From Nostoc sp. DedSLP01 (GTDB lineage Bacteria > Cyanobacteriota > Cyanobacteriia > Cyanobacteriales > Nostocaceae): a stretch of 64,000 nt of DNA. This document shows positions 53,152 to 63,214 of the stretch, one piece after another. The translations under genes were made by a program, and so were the position numbers. How positions within the stretch are numbered: position 1 is the first letter of the stretch; the number at the start of each line of letters is the position of its first letter. Under the pieces are notes generated by a model. It worked only from the letters and a program-made list of their open reading frames with translations, did not search any database and was not told where the DNA came from. The stretch lies in contig JAVRCJ020000015.1 in the NCBI GenBank assembly GCA_034530875.2, positions 112,744 to 176,743 on the forward strand, written 5' to 3'.

Positions 53152-53367
53152 AATTTTTGTTTATTCAAATGGATGGCGAGTAGGGAGTGGGGAGTGGGGA
53201 GTAGGGAATAGAGAATCAGCCTTTCAAGTTGTCAGAAGTTTTTTCAAAAATTAAAAAAAGCCCGATATTAAACTTTTCTATTTTCCTTACTTCATACGCA
53301 AACAAAATGTAAGTAAAAACAAATCTTCACTATTGCCCACTCCCTACTCCCTACTCCCTATTTTTAT

Positions 53368-54279
53368 CTAACGATTGCGGAATCTTTGATGTCTAAAAAA
53401 TAATTGACTATCACCATAAAATGATGATATAAATTCCGATGTGGTTTCAATGTGTCCGATAATCTTAGCTTTTTGACGGTTATTATTTTTATCTGTAGCT
53501 TCTTCCTGGCTAACGCCATAGACAGTATATAAAGATGTGCCGCTGGGAATTGTAGCTAGGTCATTTCTAAAGTCATGTGGTGGACTTTCTGGAAATTTGA
53601 TATTTGGATTAGGAACGAGGAATACTTGGGCGGGATAATCAGCTTTACTTTCTTTGTGACCGTGCTGGTCAATTTCTCCTAAATCTTCTAAATACAATTT
53701 AGTGGGATATTTGGTAACTCGGCTAAATATTAAGTTAGTGACAATAGGGCCAAAGCTCTTAGCTACTGGAACAATATTTGATAATTCATTAGCGAAGAAA
53801 TTATAGTTTTTACCTTGACCAACTAAAGATACTAAAGCTGAAAAATTTCCTGAAGGATTTTCATCTACAAATAACTTGAGGGCAAGACCTGGAGCAAATC
53901 CGCGATCGCTCGGTTCTCCAGTTACAGATAATCGCAAAAGTCCGTAATCTGCTCCCTTAAATAAACCCGAAAATGAAGTGTTATTTTCAGGAATATACTT
54001 GATTTTCGCAACACTTCCGTGGGCGTGGATTGCTTTCTTCCAATTAGTAGGTGCTTCGTCTGATTGACGATCCATCTTAGTTTTCAAAGCTGTGAAAAAT
54101 AAACCCACAATATCAATTTTTCTCAAGGGCGGAAGTTCATCGTATTTAGATTTGAGAATTCTAGAGTTCCATAAAAAATCTTGTTTTTGGGCAGCTTTCC
54201 AAGATTGGTAATCTTCAGGTAAGGAACCCAAATCTTGAGCGTTATGCCAAAATTTCCGAATTTCTTCTAAATGTTCCAT
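53368..54279 (-). CDS. Small catalase-fold (catalase-related) protein
   Basis: KKAIHAHGSVAKI (distal His), GLFKG...GLLRLS, PGLALKLF and SGNF match the catalase beta-barrel; ends at YGDSQLFFRHQRF. Confidence 0.7.
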   Translation of the reverse strand: MEHLEEIRKFWHNAQDLGSLPEDYQSWKAAQKQDFLWNSRILKSKYDELPPLRKIDIVGLFFTALKTKMDRQSDEAPTNWKKAIHAHGSVAKIKYIPENNTSFSGLFKGADYGLLRLSVTGEPSDRGFAPGLALKLFVDENPSGNFSALVSLVGQGKNYNFFANELSNIVPVAKSFGPIVTNLIFSRVTKYPTKLYLEDLGEIDQHGHKESKADYPAQVFLVPNPNIKFPESPPHDFRNDLATIPSGTSLYTVYGVSQEEATDKNNNRQKAKIIGHIETTSEFISSFYGDSQLFFRHQRFRNR

Positions 54280-54392
54280 AATCTTTGTGGGGAGTGGGGA
54301 GTGGGGAGTAGGGAGTAGGGAACGGGGAGATGGAGAGAATAATTTTTAACTCCTAAGTCAACAGTCAACACTCCCAATTCCCCATAGGCGAT

Positions 54393-56156
54393 TTAACCGA
54401 CCTTTCTCCAAGGTTTAAAGCCGTTGCTGACACCGAAGAAAGCAGGTGCTAGTTCTGGATAATGGCGGCGCAGGATTGTTAGGAAGGTGTTGTTGTCAAT
54501 CCAATCCAATCCGAATTGGGTGTAAACTTCAGCTGTATAGTCTTTGGTAAAGAAGCGATCGCTTTTTAGTCTTCGAGATGCCATGAGGATAAACACACGA
54601 AAAGCAGTATCGCTAAAACCGAAACCTTCTGGCAGATCCTCTGCAAATAGACCCACCATCAAATCTACGCTGTCAATATCGTTGTTATAGACTTCGCGTA
54701 ATTCTTTAGCCCATTGTTTATTACTTGTAATCTCTTCAAAAGATTTAACTCTACCCCGACCTAATAACTCACGAAAACGGTTATAGCGAGGAACGCCTCT
54801 TTCCCGGTCGCGCAAAATATCAACAGCAGCCAAATCAAATATTGGTGTGTCGTCTCCAAAAACTTCTCCGGTCAACTGCCGCAAAAAGCGGGGATAATTA
54901 TGCAATCTTACGGCTCCTGGGTAAGAAGTTCCAAAAGAGTAAAACAAATCTTGCATAGAAGTTTCTTTTAAAATCCCATGAGCTTTGCTACCAGCTACCT
55001 CAGAAAATTCTTTTTTCTGCAATAATTTGCCGTTACTAACTGCATGAAACTCCAAATCATCTGGAATTAAAGGATGCATTCGGTATACAGATACGAATTC
55101 TTGGGTGAGGTAATAAGGAGCAGTATGGTGGTCGGTTGGCGAACCAACAATTCCACTAAACAGTTCGCTATCGCCAATGCGACCCCAACGCTTTTTAAAG
55201 TCTTCTCCCAGTAATCCCCACCAGTTGGAATTCAAGGCAATGTCGGTCGCCGGATGTGGGAGGATAGCAGGAGTCCATTCAACAGTATGAATCTTAGCAG
55301 TCAAAGCTGCGACAATCAGCCGAGCGTGGTCGAAGAGTTCGTTATCTGTCCACTCAGGATAGATTTTCTTTAAATGGTCGCAGATCGTATTATGTTCTTT
55401 GATAAATAAGATGTGCAACATGCTTAGTCCTACCCACCAAGCACCGGCAAAGCCTACCTTGTGAATGCCATTTTCTGGGTGAACTGGTAAAAAGCCGTCT
55501 TCATCAAGAAGCATTTTGCCATCAACATGAGAGCGCAGTGAGTCAATGGTTTCTTGATTGCTGCCATAAATTTGTGAAGCATCCCACCAGTGAGTAACTT
55601 CATTAATAAAACTCGGAGGTTTTGTTGTATCTCCGGTACGGGTTTTGTCTTCTAAGGTTTTGTTGACTGTCATCGGCCCGTGTTCTGATAACCACGGGTC
55701 ATCCTTTTCTATGGGAATTTCAAATTTGTTATTGCGTTGGTTCGCGCCATGAGTGAACCAATCATGTGTTTGAAATTGAATCCAGGAAGCAGCGAGTAAA
55801 TTCAAGATTGTCGCAGGTTGAAATTCACCTCGTGCTAATAACACTCGGCTGACAGTGCGCGGATTTGGGGTGAGTATGTTTTGTTCGTCAAATTTCGCAT
55901 CTTGCAGTGGCACATTGCGCCCAAGCCGAGTCCCAGCCATGCCCATTTCCGGATGCTCAAGGTCATTGTAACTGCCATCCGCGCTGCGAACTTTCAAATT
56001 GCGATCGCCCGCAATGGGAGCAGGCTTAGGCAACTTATCTTTATCTGGTAGTTGTGAGGTATCGTGGAGGTTCTCTTTTCGCAGCTTACTACGGAATTGA
56101 ACTAATTTTAAAAGTGCAAGGGGAGTCGGCAATTTATGCCACGGAATTCCAAACAT
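54393..56156 (-). CDS. Heme peroxidase-cyclooxygenase superfamily protein, fatty-acid alpha-dioxygenase-like
   Basis: RSADGSYND, AASWIQFQTHDW, THWWDASQIYG, AKIHTVEWT, EFVSVYRMHPL, RDRERGVPRYN, FILMASRRLKSDRFFT; ATG 56156 with a GGAGG RBS. Confidence 0.88.
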   Translation of the reverse strand: MFGIPWHKLPTPLALLKLVQFRSKLRKENLHDTSQLPDKDKLPKPAPIAGDRNLKVRSADGSYNDLEHPEMGMAGTRLGRNVPLQDAKFDEQNILTPNPRTVSRVLLARGEFQPATILNLLAASWIQFQTHDWFTHGANQRNNKFEIPIEKDDPWLSEHGPMTVNKTLEDKTRTGDTTKPPSFINEVTHWWDASQIYGSNQETIDSLRSHVDGKMLLDEDGFLPVHPENGIHKVGFAGAWWVGLSMLHILFIKEHNTICDHLKKIYPEWTDNELFDHARLIVAALTAKIHTVEWTPAILPHPATDIALNSNWWGLLGEDFKKRWGRIGDSELFSGIVGSPTDHHTAPYYLTQEFVSVYRMHPLIPDDLEFHAVSNGKLLQKKEFSEVAGSKAHGILKETSMQDLFYSFGTSYPGAVRLHNYPRFLRQLTGEVFGDDTPIFDLAAVDILRDRERGVPRYNRFRELLGRGRVKSFEEITSNKQWAKELREVYNNDIDSVDLMVGLFAEDLPEGFGFSDTAFRVFILMASRRLKSDRFFTKDYTAEVYTQFGLDWIDNNTFLTILRRHYPELAPAFFGVSNGFKPWRKVG

Positions 56157-56782
56157 GATTTTACCTCCTGGCAAATAATTTCAAATCTCGTCAACTCTAG
56201 TTCTCAAGGTTATTTATTTGATATTAAAAACTTCCTTGAATCTGCCTAGAACAAAATAACAAAATTACTGAAAATGACCCATCTTTTACAAAGCTAATTT
56301 ATAAAGAAAATATTAAATTTTTACCTGCATTCAAGCAGTATGATGCTTCGCTATTGATGTTGTATTAGAGCGTAAAAATTTGTAACTACTGGAGTAATTA
56401 CACCTGAAATTGCGCCTAATACAACAATAGCGATCGCCAGCAGAAGACACCATTCATCTGCCTTTCCATAACCTTAATTTAATATTTACTTTACAAGTTG
56501 TCTCTAAAATAGATGCTCGTGATAATAAATTCAGCGCCAAATTCCAAGCAGCAAAAACTTGCAGCAAAGATGGCATTAATTTGAATTTTCGGTCAATCCT
56601 GCTCCTGATTTACATCGTCAAGATAGACGATCCCACTAATGTGGTTAATTGAATAATGCAATATAATTTTGATTTTAACAACTGAATTTTAGTAAATTAA
56701 CATCTGACGTTAAGAGTTATTTTGTAAACGTTTGTGAAGTAAAAAAATATTATTTTTGAGCAATTTAAATCTTAAAAATAAT

Positions 56783-56916
56783 GGGGAATAGGGCATTGGG
56801 CAAGCAGGAAGTGTGGGAGGTGTGGGAGGTGTGGGAAGATGGGGAAGAAATCTTTCCCCCCTCTCTCCCCTCTCTCCCCACACTCCCCACACTTTCTTGT
56901 CTCCCCTGCTCCCCCT
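56783..56916. repeat. STRR / nonamer inverted tracts downstream of radC
   Basis: GTGTGGGAG x3 versus CTCCCCACA units, with GGGCATT units. Confidence 0.7.
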
Positions 56917-57648
56917 CTAATCCCCCTGCGGATATTCGTCCCACAAGGTTGTCAGTTCTCGTAAACTTTGATGGTTGCCATTACCGAGAATGAGATGATC
57001 TAGTAGGGGAATGCCCAAAAGTTGCGCTCCTGTTAACAACTGGCGCGTCAATTCTATATCTTCTTGGCTGGGTTCGAGGTTACCAGATGGATGGTTGTGA
57101 GCAACTATTACTTGCGTTGCGCCATGACGAATAACTTCCCGAAAAATTTCACGCGGAGAGGCTAGGGTTTCGGTTGCAGTACCAATAGTAATTACTTGCG
57201 TACCCAGCAAACGATTTTTAACATCTAAGAGTAAAACTGCAAAACGTTCTTGTATCTGCCACATCAAATCTTGACTGAGGGTTGCAGCAGCAGCAAGCGG
57301 ACTATCAATTAGTGTCCCCTCAGAAGGTCGAGATTGAAAAGCACGTTTGCCCAATTCAATTGCTGCTAAAATACTTGTCGCCTTTGCCGGGCCAACACCA
57401 GGAATTTGCATTAATTCTGCGGGTGAAACTTCTCGCAAAACAGCTAAAGGATCGCGTTGGTGTTTGCCTAATTCACTCAAAATATATTGTCCCAAACCCA
57501 CAGCTGACAGTTTCCCTGGCCCTTGACCAGTGCCTAGTAGAATTGCGATTAACTCAGCTGTGCCTAAAATTTTGGCACCATGCGTCATTAGCCGTTCGCG
57601 CGGACGCTCATTTGTCGGTAGGTCAGCAATTCTAAGGCAATAGGTCAT
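56917..57648 (-). CDS. radC: DNA repair protein RadC (JAB domain)
   Basis: [18 protein letters not shown], HhH GVGPAKA, AHNHPSG...[13 protein letters not shown]. Confidence 0.95.
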   Translation of the reverse strand: MTYCLRIADLPTNERPRERLMTHGAKILGTAELIAILLGTGQGPGKLSAVGLGQYILSELGKHQRDPLAVLREVSPAELMQIPGVGPAKATSILAAIELGKRAFQSRPSEGTLIDSPLAAAATLSQDLMWQIQERFAVLLLDVKNRLLGTQVITIGTATETLASPREIFREVIRHGATQVIVAHNHPSGNLEPSQEDIELTRQLLTGAQLLGIPLLDHLILGNGNHQSLRELTTLWDEYPQGD

Positions 57649-57809
57649 AGCAAACTCAGAGAATAGTCACCAAAGATGGAAGTATTTTTAGTTATCCCTT
57701 GTTTGCTATCTAAATTCTCTTTTTTTGAGAAAATCTTTAATTTTGAGGATTTCTTGGGGTCATAAAATGTGTAACTTTCTCAGGGAATACTAAAAATTAT
57801 TATGATTTT

Positions 57810-58412
57810 GTGGCGATGCCTACCGCAGTAAACTACGCTATGTTTGACGATTTATTCAATAATCTCAAAGGTTTTATTGACTCTAAAATTCAAGAAGTTG
57901 GTAACGAGCTGCAAAAGCGCTTCGGCATTCCCGAACCCGCAGAGCCGTTTGTGCTGATTCGTCGATTCACGACTGCTGATTCCACAATTACCAGGGGAGG
58001 CATTAGAACTGTAGGAGAAACCTGGGAAATTGAGGCTTATGAAGATAATACTCAACTGTTGATAAGCAGTGTCGATCCTTTGCGAAATGTCATCTTGTTT
58101 GAAGTTGCAGAACCGGATGTCCAAGAGTGTGTTTTTGCTTGTCAATTTAATGCGAAAGCTCTAAACACAGAAAAACCAATCAAAGTAAGCTTAGGTTTAC
58201 GTAAGCCAGGACAGTGGGGTGCAATGACAACAACTTCATGGTCTACAGGAATTTCACCAACTCAAGATTTTCAGCGTTACGAAGTGCGTGCCCATTTTAA
58301 AAAAGAAACAGATGCTGCCAAAGTTCAAATTAGCGTGCAATTTGAAAGTAGTGGCATTCTTGAGATTAGAGACATTCAACTGCTGCAAGCCTCGGTCAAA
58401 TCACAATCATAA
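57810..58412 (+). CDS. Hypothetical protein
   Basis: 200-aa ORF with a beta-strand-rich C-terminal part; start could be 57816 or 57840. Confidence 0.7.
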   Translation: MAMPTAVNYAMFDDLFNNLKGFIDSKIQEVGNELQKRFGIPEPAEPFVLIRRFTTADSTITRGGIRTVGETWEIEAYEDNTQLLISSVDPLRNVILFEVAEPDVQECVFACQFNAKALNTEKPIKVSLGLRKPGQWGAMTTTSWSTGISPTQDFQRYEVRAHFKKETDAAKVQISVQFESSGILEIRDIQLLQASVKSQS

Positions 58413-58558
58413 GCAATAGACATAGGAGTGAAAATGAATGTAGAGGCGTAGCAATGCTATGTCTCTACAAGGGTTCTGGATGACGCATATTTAATTTCTG
58501 GAGATGTCTAATATCTAAACACTTCACTCAAATGCTAGCAACTTCAATTCCTTGTATT

Positions 58559-59494
58559 TTATATATATATTTGCGTTGCTTTGAGCATGTGGTAAGTAAT
58601 AATTAACTGAGTCAGAGCGAGGGGATAACTTTGGAGTGTTTCCCCAGTTGTACCAGCAATTTTGCCGAGTTCTGGGTTGCTTTCGCGATCGCAAATATTT
58701 CTCAGATGAGGCATATCAGAACAGATAATATGCTCTAATTTATTCACCTGTTCTAAGGTGGCATGACCATCAACTTCTAAAACATCTACAGGTTTACCCA
58801 TATCCCTGTCTAGTCCCAGACGGATGGCTGACTCGGAATTCCAGCCAGAGGTAGTAATTGTGGTGAAATCTGGATGAGGAATTGTTGGACGGAGTACTAG
58901 CCGGACATTCAGGTGTCCGTTGCTTTCATCTTCTTCCTCGGCAGGTGGATAGAAACTAATAACGATATCAGACCATTGACGTTGGGGACGGATGAATTGT
59001 GCTGAGTCTGGTTCGCGCTTTTCTAGTTCCGCCAGCACTTGTTCGGGAGTGTAACCCCGCTTTTGGGTATCTCGTTTGACTTTCCAGTTAGCGCGTAGTT
59101 CTTCAGGAGGCGCAAGGTAAACTTTTACGTCATAAGAATCGCGGGCGACGCGGGTAGAATAACCGAGTAATCCCTCAATAATCACGAATTTATTCGGTTT
59201 TATATACTGCGGTGGCTCGAATGTGCCTGTTTTATGGCTGTAAACTGGCTTGAGAATGGGCTGTCCTGTGCGTAGTAGCGACAGGTGTTGCTGCATAATA
59301 TCTAAGTAGTTGCAGTCAGGGTGGAGAGCAGTGATGCCGATTTCTGCACGTTGTTGGCGATCGTAACGGTGATAATCATCCGTACAAATCAGCGTTACAT
59401 TTTCTGGCCCGAGTACCTGAGCGATTCCCCGCGTTAGTGTTGTTTTCCCAGCAGCACTGTCGCCTACAATACCAAGAATTATTGGACGGCTCAC
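58559..59494 (-). CDS. prk: Phosphoribulokinase-family protein (PRK/uridine kinase fold; likely the non-canonical second copy)
   Basis: GIVGDSAAGKTT, ICTDDYHRYDR, ITALHP, KPVYSHKTG, IEGL, WKVKRDT. Confidence 0.75.
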   Translation of the reverse strand: MSRPIILGIVGDSAAGKTTLTRGIAQVLGPENVTLICTDDYHRYDRQQRAEIGITALHPDCNYLDIMQQHLSLLRTGQPILKPVYSHKTGTFEPPQYIKPNKFVIIEGLLGYSTRVARDSYDVKVYLAPPEELRANWKVKRDTQKRGYTPEQVLAELEKREPDSAQFIRPQRQWSDIVISFYPPAEEEDESNGHLNVRLVLRPTIPHPDFTTITTSGWNSESAIRLGLDRDMGKPVDVLEVDGHATLEQVNKLEHIICSDMPHLRNICDRESNPELGKIAGTTGETLQSYPLALTQLIITYHMLKATQIYI

Positions 59495-59701
59495 ATCCTA
59501 CCTCCCACAATAAAAACTAGTTTAGTAATAAAATTTCCTCGTAATAGTTTTAATTCTAAAAGGGTTTAGGCAAGTAACTCAAACAATGACTTGGTATGCA
59601 ATATCTCTACACATAGAGCCTCTGTGCGCTGTTTTATTACGTAATAATTACAATCTGCATTATTTGTCAAGTCATCTCTACGCACAATAAAAGATACGAA
59701 A

Positions 59702-60136
59702 TTAAATATCGCCTCTTAAATCTACTTTTAACCGCAGATACTCAATTTTGATGCACGCATCCATCACTAGATTGAGTCCTGCATCTAAAGCTTTTTGTGC
59801 TGATGGTTGATGCGAGATACCCAATTGTGCCCATACGGTTTTTGCATTCGCAGCAATTGCTTCATCTACAATTTCCGGCAAGTACTCAGAACGGCGAAAC
59901 ACGTTAACGATATCCACGGGTTCTGGTAATTCCTGGAGTGCAGCATAACTCGGTTTACCGTCTATTTCTTTAACTAAAGGATTGACGGCGTAAACTGTAT
60001 AGCCTACCTGCCGTAAGAATTGGGCGATTTGATAGCTGGTACGATCGCGTTTATCAGAGTGTCCTACAACAGCAATGGTTTTGGCTTGAGTCAACACCTC
60101 ACGCAAGGCGTTATCATCTTCTTTAAGGTTTGGCAC
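59702..60136 (-). CDS. CoA-binding protein (YccU-like)
   Basis: TIAVVGHS, VNP, VDIVNVFRRSE, VWAQLGI, VMDACIKIE. Confidence 0.9.
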   Translation of the reverse strand: MPNLKEDDNALREVLTQAKTIAVVGHSDKRDRTSYQIAQFLRQVGYTVYAVNPLVKEIDGKPSYAALQELPEPVDIVNVFRRSEYLPEIVDEAIAANAKTVWAQLGISHQPSAQKALDAGLNLVMDACIKIEYLRLKVDLRGDI

Positions 60137-60194
60137 GATCTAAATATCCTTTGCGATCGCTTTGCTGATTGTACCTAATTAATTCCCCAATCTG

Positions 60195-60857
60195 ATGACA
60201 ACGCAAACAATAGGGCTAGAAAAAAATTTATACGATTATTTACTGTCAATTTCGATGCGAGAACCGGAAGTTTTAACTCAACTCAGGCAAGAAACAGCCC
60301 AACATCGAGCAGGTAGAATGCAGATTGCTCCCGAACAAGGGCAGTTTATGGGATTGCTGGTGCAGTTGCTTGGCGCTAAGAAAACTTTGGATATTGGTGT
60401 ATTTACTGGCTATAGTTCCTTGGTGGTAGCATTGGCGTTACCGAGGGATGGTAAAGTAGTAGCCTGTGATATCAGTGAGGAATTTACAGCGATCGCTCGG
60501 CGTTATTGGCAGCAAGCAGGAGTAGCAAATAAAATCGAGTTGCACATCGCGCCAGCTTTGGAAACTTTAGATAACCTACTGGCAACAGGAGAAACAGAAA
60601 CCTTTGATTTTGCGTTTATCGATGCAGATAAAAGCAACTATGATGCATATTACGAGCGATCGCTGCAATTAGTACGTCCGGGGGGAGTAATTGCGATCGA
60701 TAATGTCTTATGGTATGGCAAAGTTGCTGACCCGCAAGTGCAAGATAATGCAACTAAAAAAATTCGTGCTTTTAATCAGAAGTTGCATCAAGATGGGCGA
60801 GTTAATCTGAGTTTAATTCCTATTGGAGATGGTTTGACTCTGGCACTGAAGAAGTAA
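60195..60857 (+). CDS. CCoAOMT-like SAM-dependent O-methyltransferase
   Basis: MQIAPEQGQF, LDIGVFTGYSSL, FDFAFIDADK, IAIDNVLWYG, PIGDGLTL. Confidence 0.93.
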   Translation: MTTQTIGLEKNLYDYLLSISMREPEVLTQLRQETAQHRAGRMQIAPEQGQFMGLLVQLLGAKKTLDIGVFTGYSSLVVALALPRDGKVVACDISEEFTAIARRYWQQAGVANKIELHIAPALETLDNLLATGETETFDFAFIDADKSNYDAYYERSLQLVRPGGVIAIDNVLWYGKVADPQVQDNATKKIRAFNQKLHQDGRVNLSLIPIGDGLTLALKK

Positions 60858-61047
60858 ATATACGACTACAACAGATGCAGTAGAGAAGAATCTTAGCAAG
60901 TCATAAATGCTAGGCAGTTTATAATATTTACCCTTGGTAAAGAGTACCAATATATTTATTATTGTTTGTTCTAAAAATTTAACTTATAACAAAAGTTAGA
61001 GAATGAATTTAATACCTGCAAATTTTCGCATTTCGACAAATTTTATA

Positions 61048-61230
61048 ATACCAAATTGAAAGCAGAATGCGACAAATGATGTAGGGGCTTTACAGCTGTG
61101 CATTGGTGTCAACTTAAGCTCAAACTCTTGCCTCAGAATCGTTTTACCCCACCCCCAACCCCTCCCCTTGCCAAGGGGAGGGGCGGTTTTGGCTTTAGAC
61201 AAAACCGGGGTGGGGTAACGCGGATCTTGA
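61048..61230. mobile_element. Truncated copy of the nested MITE composite (left half)
   Basis: ATACCAAATT end, half-palindrome GTAGGGGCTTTACAGCTGTG, TIR CATTGGTGTCAACTTAA (61101-61117) and an internal block nearly identical to 6255-6347; no right TIR. Confidence 0.7.
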
Positions 61231-61423
61231 CCTAGTTTTAATTATAATAACTTTTATTTATCAATTTAAATACTAAATATATTTGCTTTTATCTAGCAGA
61301 TTTTTTAGCATATCCATGTGGAAAGTTATTTAACTAACAAACCTGAAGATGAACTGATAATTCTAATTCAAAAAGTGAATTATCCAGTCTAAATATTCTG
61401 CAAGTATTGTTGAGGTTGATTTT

Positions 61424-61594
61424 ATGTATAAACTATTTAGTATTTTTACAGCTAATCAAAACAAGATAAGCGTACCAATAAATAGACCGGAAAAATTTGA
61501 AGCTTGGTCTAGGCATTATACAAGGGTGAATTATCTTAAAAGCTTTGATACTGCTTTTATTGCCTATTACATGATGGGATTTGACAGTTTTTAA
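61424..61594 (+). CDS. Microprotein (56 aa), below the ORF-track cutoff
   Basis: My translation is MYKLFSIFTANQNKISVPINRPEKFEAWSRHYTRVNYLKSFDTAFIAYYMMGFDSF*. GAGG RBS lies upstream, and the C-terminus matches 48734-48934. Confidence 0.7.
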   Translation: MYKLFSIFTANQNKISVPINRPEKFEAWSRHYTRVNYLKSFDTAFIAYYMMGFDSF

Positions 61595-61701
61595 GGTTGT
61601 ATACAACTGCTCTTACATTGCGTTAAAAAGGTGACAATACTCTCGCGCTTGCCTACTGTTTGTTTACAGGTAGATAAGAAATTTCTCATGAGGATAAACT
61701 G

Positions 61702-62046
61702 ATGAAAATCACAAAATTTATAAATTCTGCACTACTCATTGCTTCTATTGCTTTTGTACCTGGAATTGTTGGCGCCGAAACAGTCAATAATAGCAACAAT
61801 AGCAGCTATATCCAGCCTTTTCATCTTGTCTTTTTAGCTTATCAAGGTTATTTAGAAAAACAGGGTATTCCCAGTATGGCCAATCTGTTATATGAATACC
61901 GAGTAGGAAAGGTGACTGCACAAGATATAGTTGAGGCTGGTGTTAAGGCTAACAGATTACCAGCAGAAGTTATCAATGATGAATCTTATCTCAACGTAGT
62001 TGATTTACAACTGTCATCATTAGATAATAATGATTTAGATTTTTAA
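61702..62046 (+). CDS. Secreted hypothetical protein
   Basis: GAGGA RBS, signal peptide, motif PFHLVFLAYQGYLEKQGIPS...GKVTAQDIVEAG...YLNVVDLQL. Confidence 0.8.
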   Translation: MKITKFINSALLIASIAFVPGIVGAETVNNSNNSSYIQPFHLVFLAYQGYLEKQGIPSMANLLYEYRVGKVTAQDIVEAGVKANRLPAEVINDESYLNVVDLQLSSLDNNDLDF

Positions 62047-62092
62047 ACAGGATTTCGTAAATTTGGATTTTAGATAATCCTGTGTTCAGAAA

Positions 62093-63214
62093 TTAAATCG
62101 CATTGTTATACAAAACTAAGGCATTTTGACGTAAAATCGCAACTGCGATCGCCTCTGCTTCACTTGCGGTAATATCCAAATCGTCAATTGCTTGTTGTAG
62201 TACTTCTCCTAATATTTGGCGTCCCCATTTTGCCCCCAAATAATATAACTCTGGAATTGAGTGTGCGTCAGAAGAATACATCAATTTACTCGTAGGAGTT
62301 AGTTCTAATAATTGACGTATTGTCTCGCGCATTCCAGAGACGCTTAAAAATGGTATTGCCAAACCAAAATCTAAATGAACTTGGGGATAAACAGAAGCAA
62401 GATATCCAGCTTCTCGCATATAAGGATAGGAAGCGTGTAGCAGTACAATGGGTGCATTGCGATATTGGGGTATTTCTAAGAGCGATCGCAAATGCAGAGG
62501 ATTCGCCAATCGTAAATCTAAATCGGGGTCACCGTAACCGGTATGCAGTTGCACAGGTAACCGATATTTAGCCGCAATTAATAACGCTTGTTGTAAAAGA
62601 AAATCAATCAGCTGTTTGTTTATCAGACGCAGCGGTTGATTTTGCAGTTGTTTTTTGAGGTGATTAAAGTTAGCAGCAGCCGCATCCACAGTAACAGGTT
62701 GAATATCTAAACCAGTACGGTAACAAACAATGCTTTTAAAGGCTACAACCCCATTTGGTGGCGGGTCAAGTTGACTATTGAATGTTTCGAGGAAAGTTTC
62801 AAAATCTTCTATCTGGGGAATCAACTGTTCTGCCAATACTTCCAAACGCAAAATCCTTTGCACCGAAATAAATCTTTCATGCCATGATATCGGCAAAATA
62901 TTCTCTGGCAGCAATCCATCATCCAAGTAGATTGCTTGCAAGTTGGCAGCCTTAAAATATAGTTGTGTTAAATTTTCTAGCCCTAAGCTTTCGCGACGTG
63001 CCAAAATTGCCGCTTCCTGCGCTTCACATTCCAATAAAGCGGCAATATCCCGTAAGCTACGCCGATAAAAGAAAGTGTGACGGGCATGATAATTGATAAT
63101 CTCTGAATCATAGCCTTCGGTAAAAGCAGCAGCATAAGGATAACTGGCGGCTACTTCAGGTTGTAAGAGATTGTGCGCGTGTTGGTCAATTAAGGGAATA
63201 TCAGCAAGATTCAT
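62093..63214 (-). CDS. Amidohydrolase family protein (FluG N-terminal-like)
   Basis: IDQHAH, AFKSIVCYRTGL, VQLHTGYGDPDL, LLHASYPY, MYSSDAH; start 63214 or 63241. Confidence 0.88.
   Translation of the reverse strand: MNLADIPLIDQHAHNLLQPEVAASYPYAAAFTEGYDSEIINYHARHTFFYRRSLRDIAALLECEAQEAAILARRESLGLENLTQLYFKAANLQAIYLDDGLLPENILPISWHERFISVQRILRLEVLAEQLIPQIEDFETFLETFNSQLDPPPNGVVAFKSIVCYRTGLDIQPVTVDAAAANFNHLKKQLQNQPLRLINKQLIDFLLQQALLIAAKYRLPVQLHTGYGDPDLDLRLANPLHLRSLLEIPQYRNAPIVLLHASYPYMREAGYLASVYPQVHLDFGLAIPFLSVSGMRETIRQLLELTPTSKLMYSSDAHSIPELYYLGAKWGRQILGEVLQQAIDDLDITASEAEAIAVAILRQNALVLYNNAI

Noticed and set aside
60996..61202. 68-aa ORF
   Set aside because: It is a translation of the MITE composite.
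1286..62571. Numerous short antisense or alternate-frame ORFs inside long genes
   Set aside because: These are shadow ORFs of well-supported CDSs with no independent motifs.
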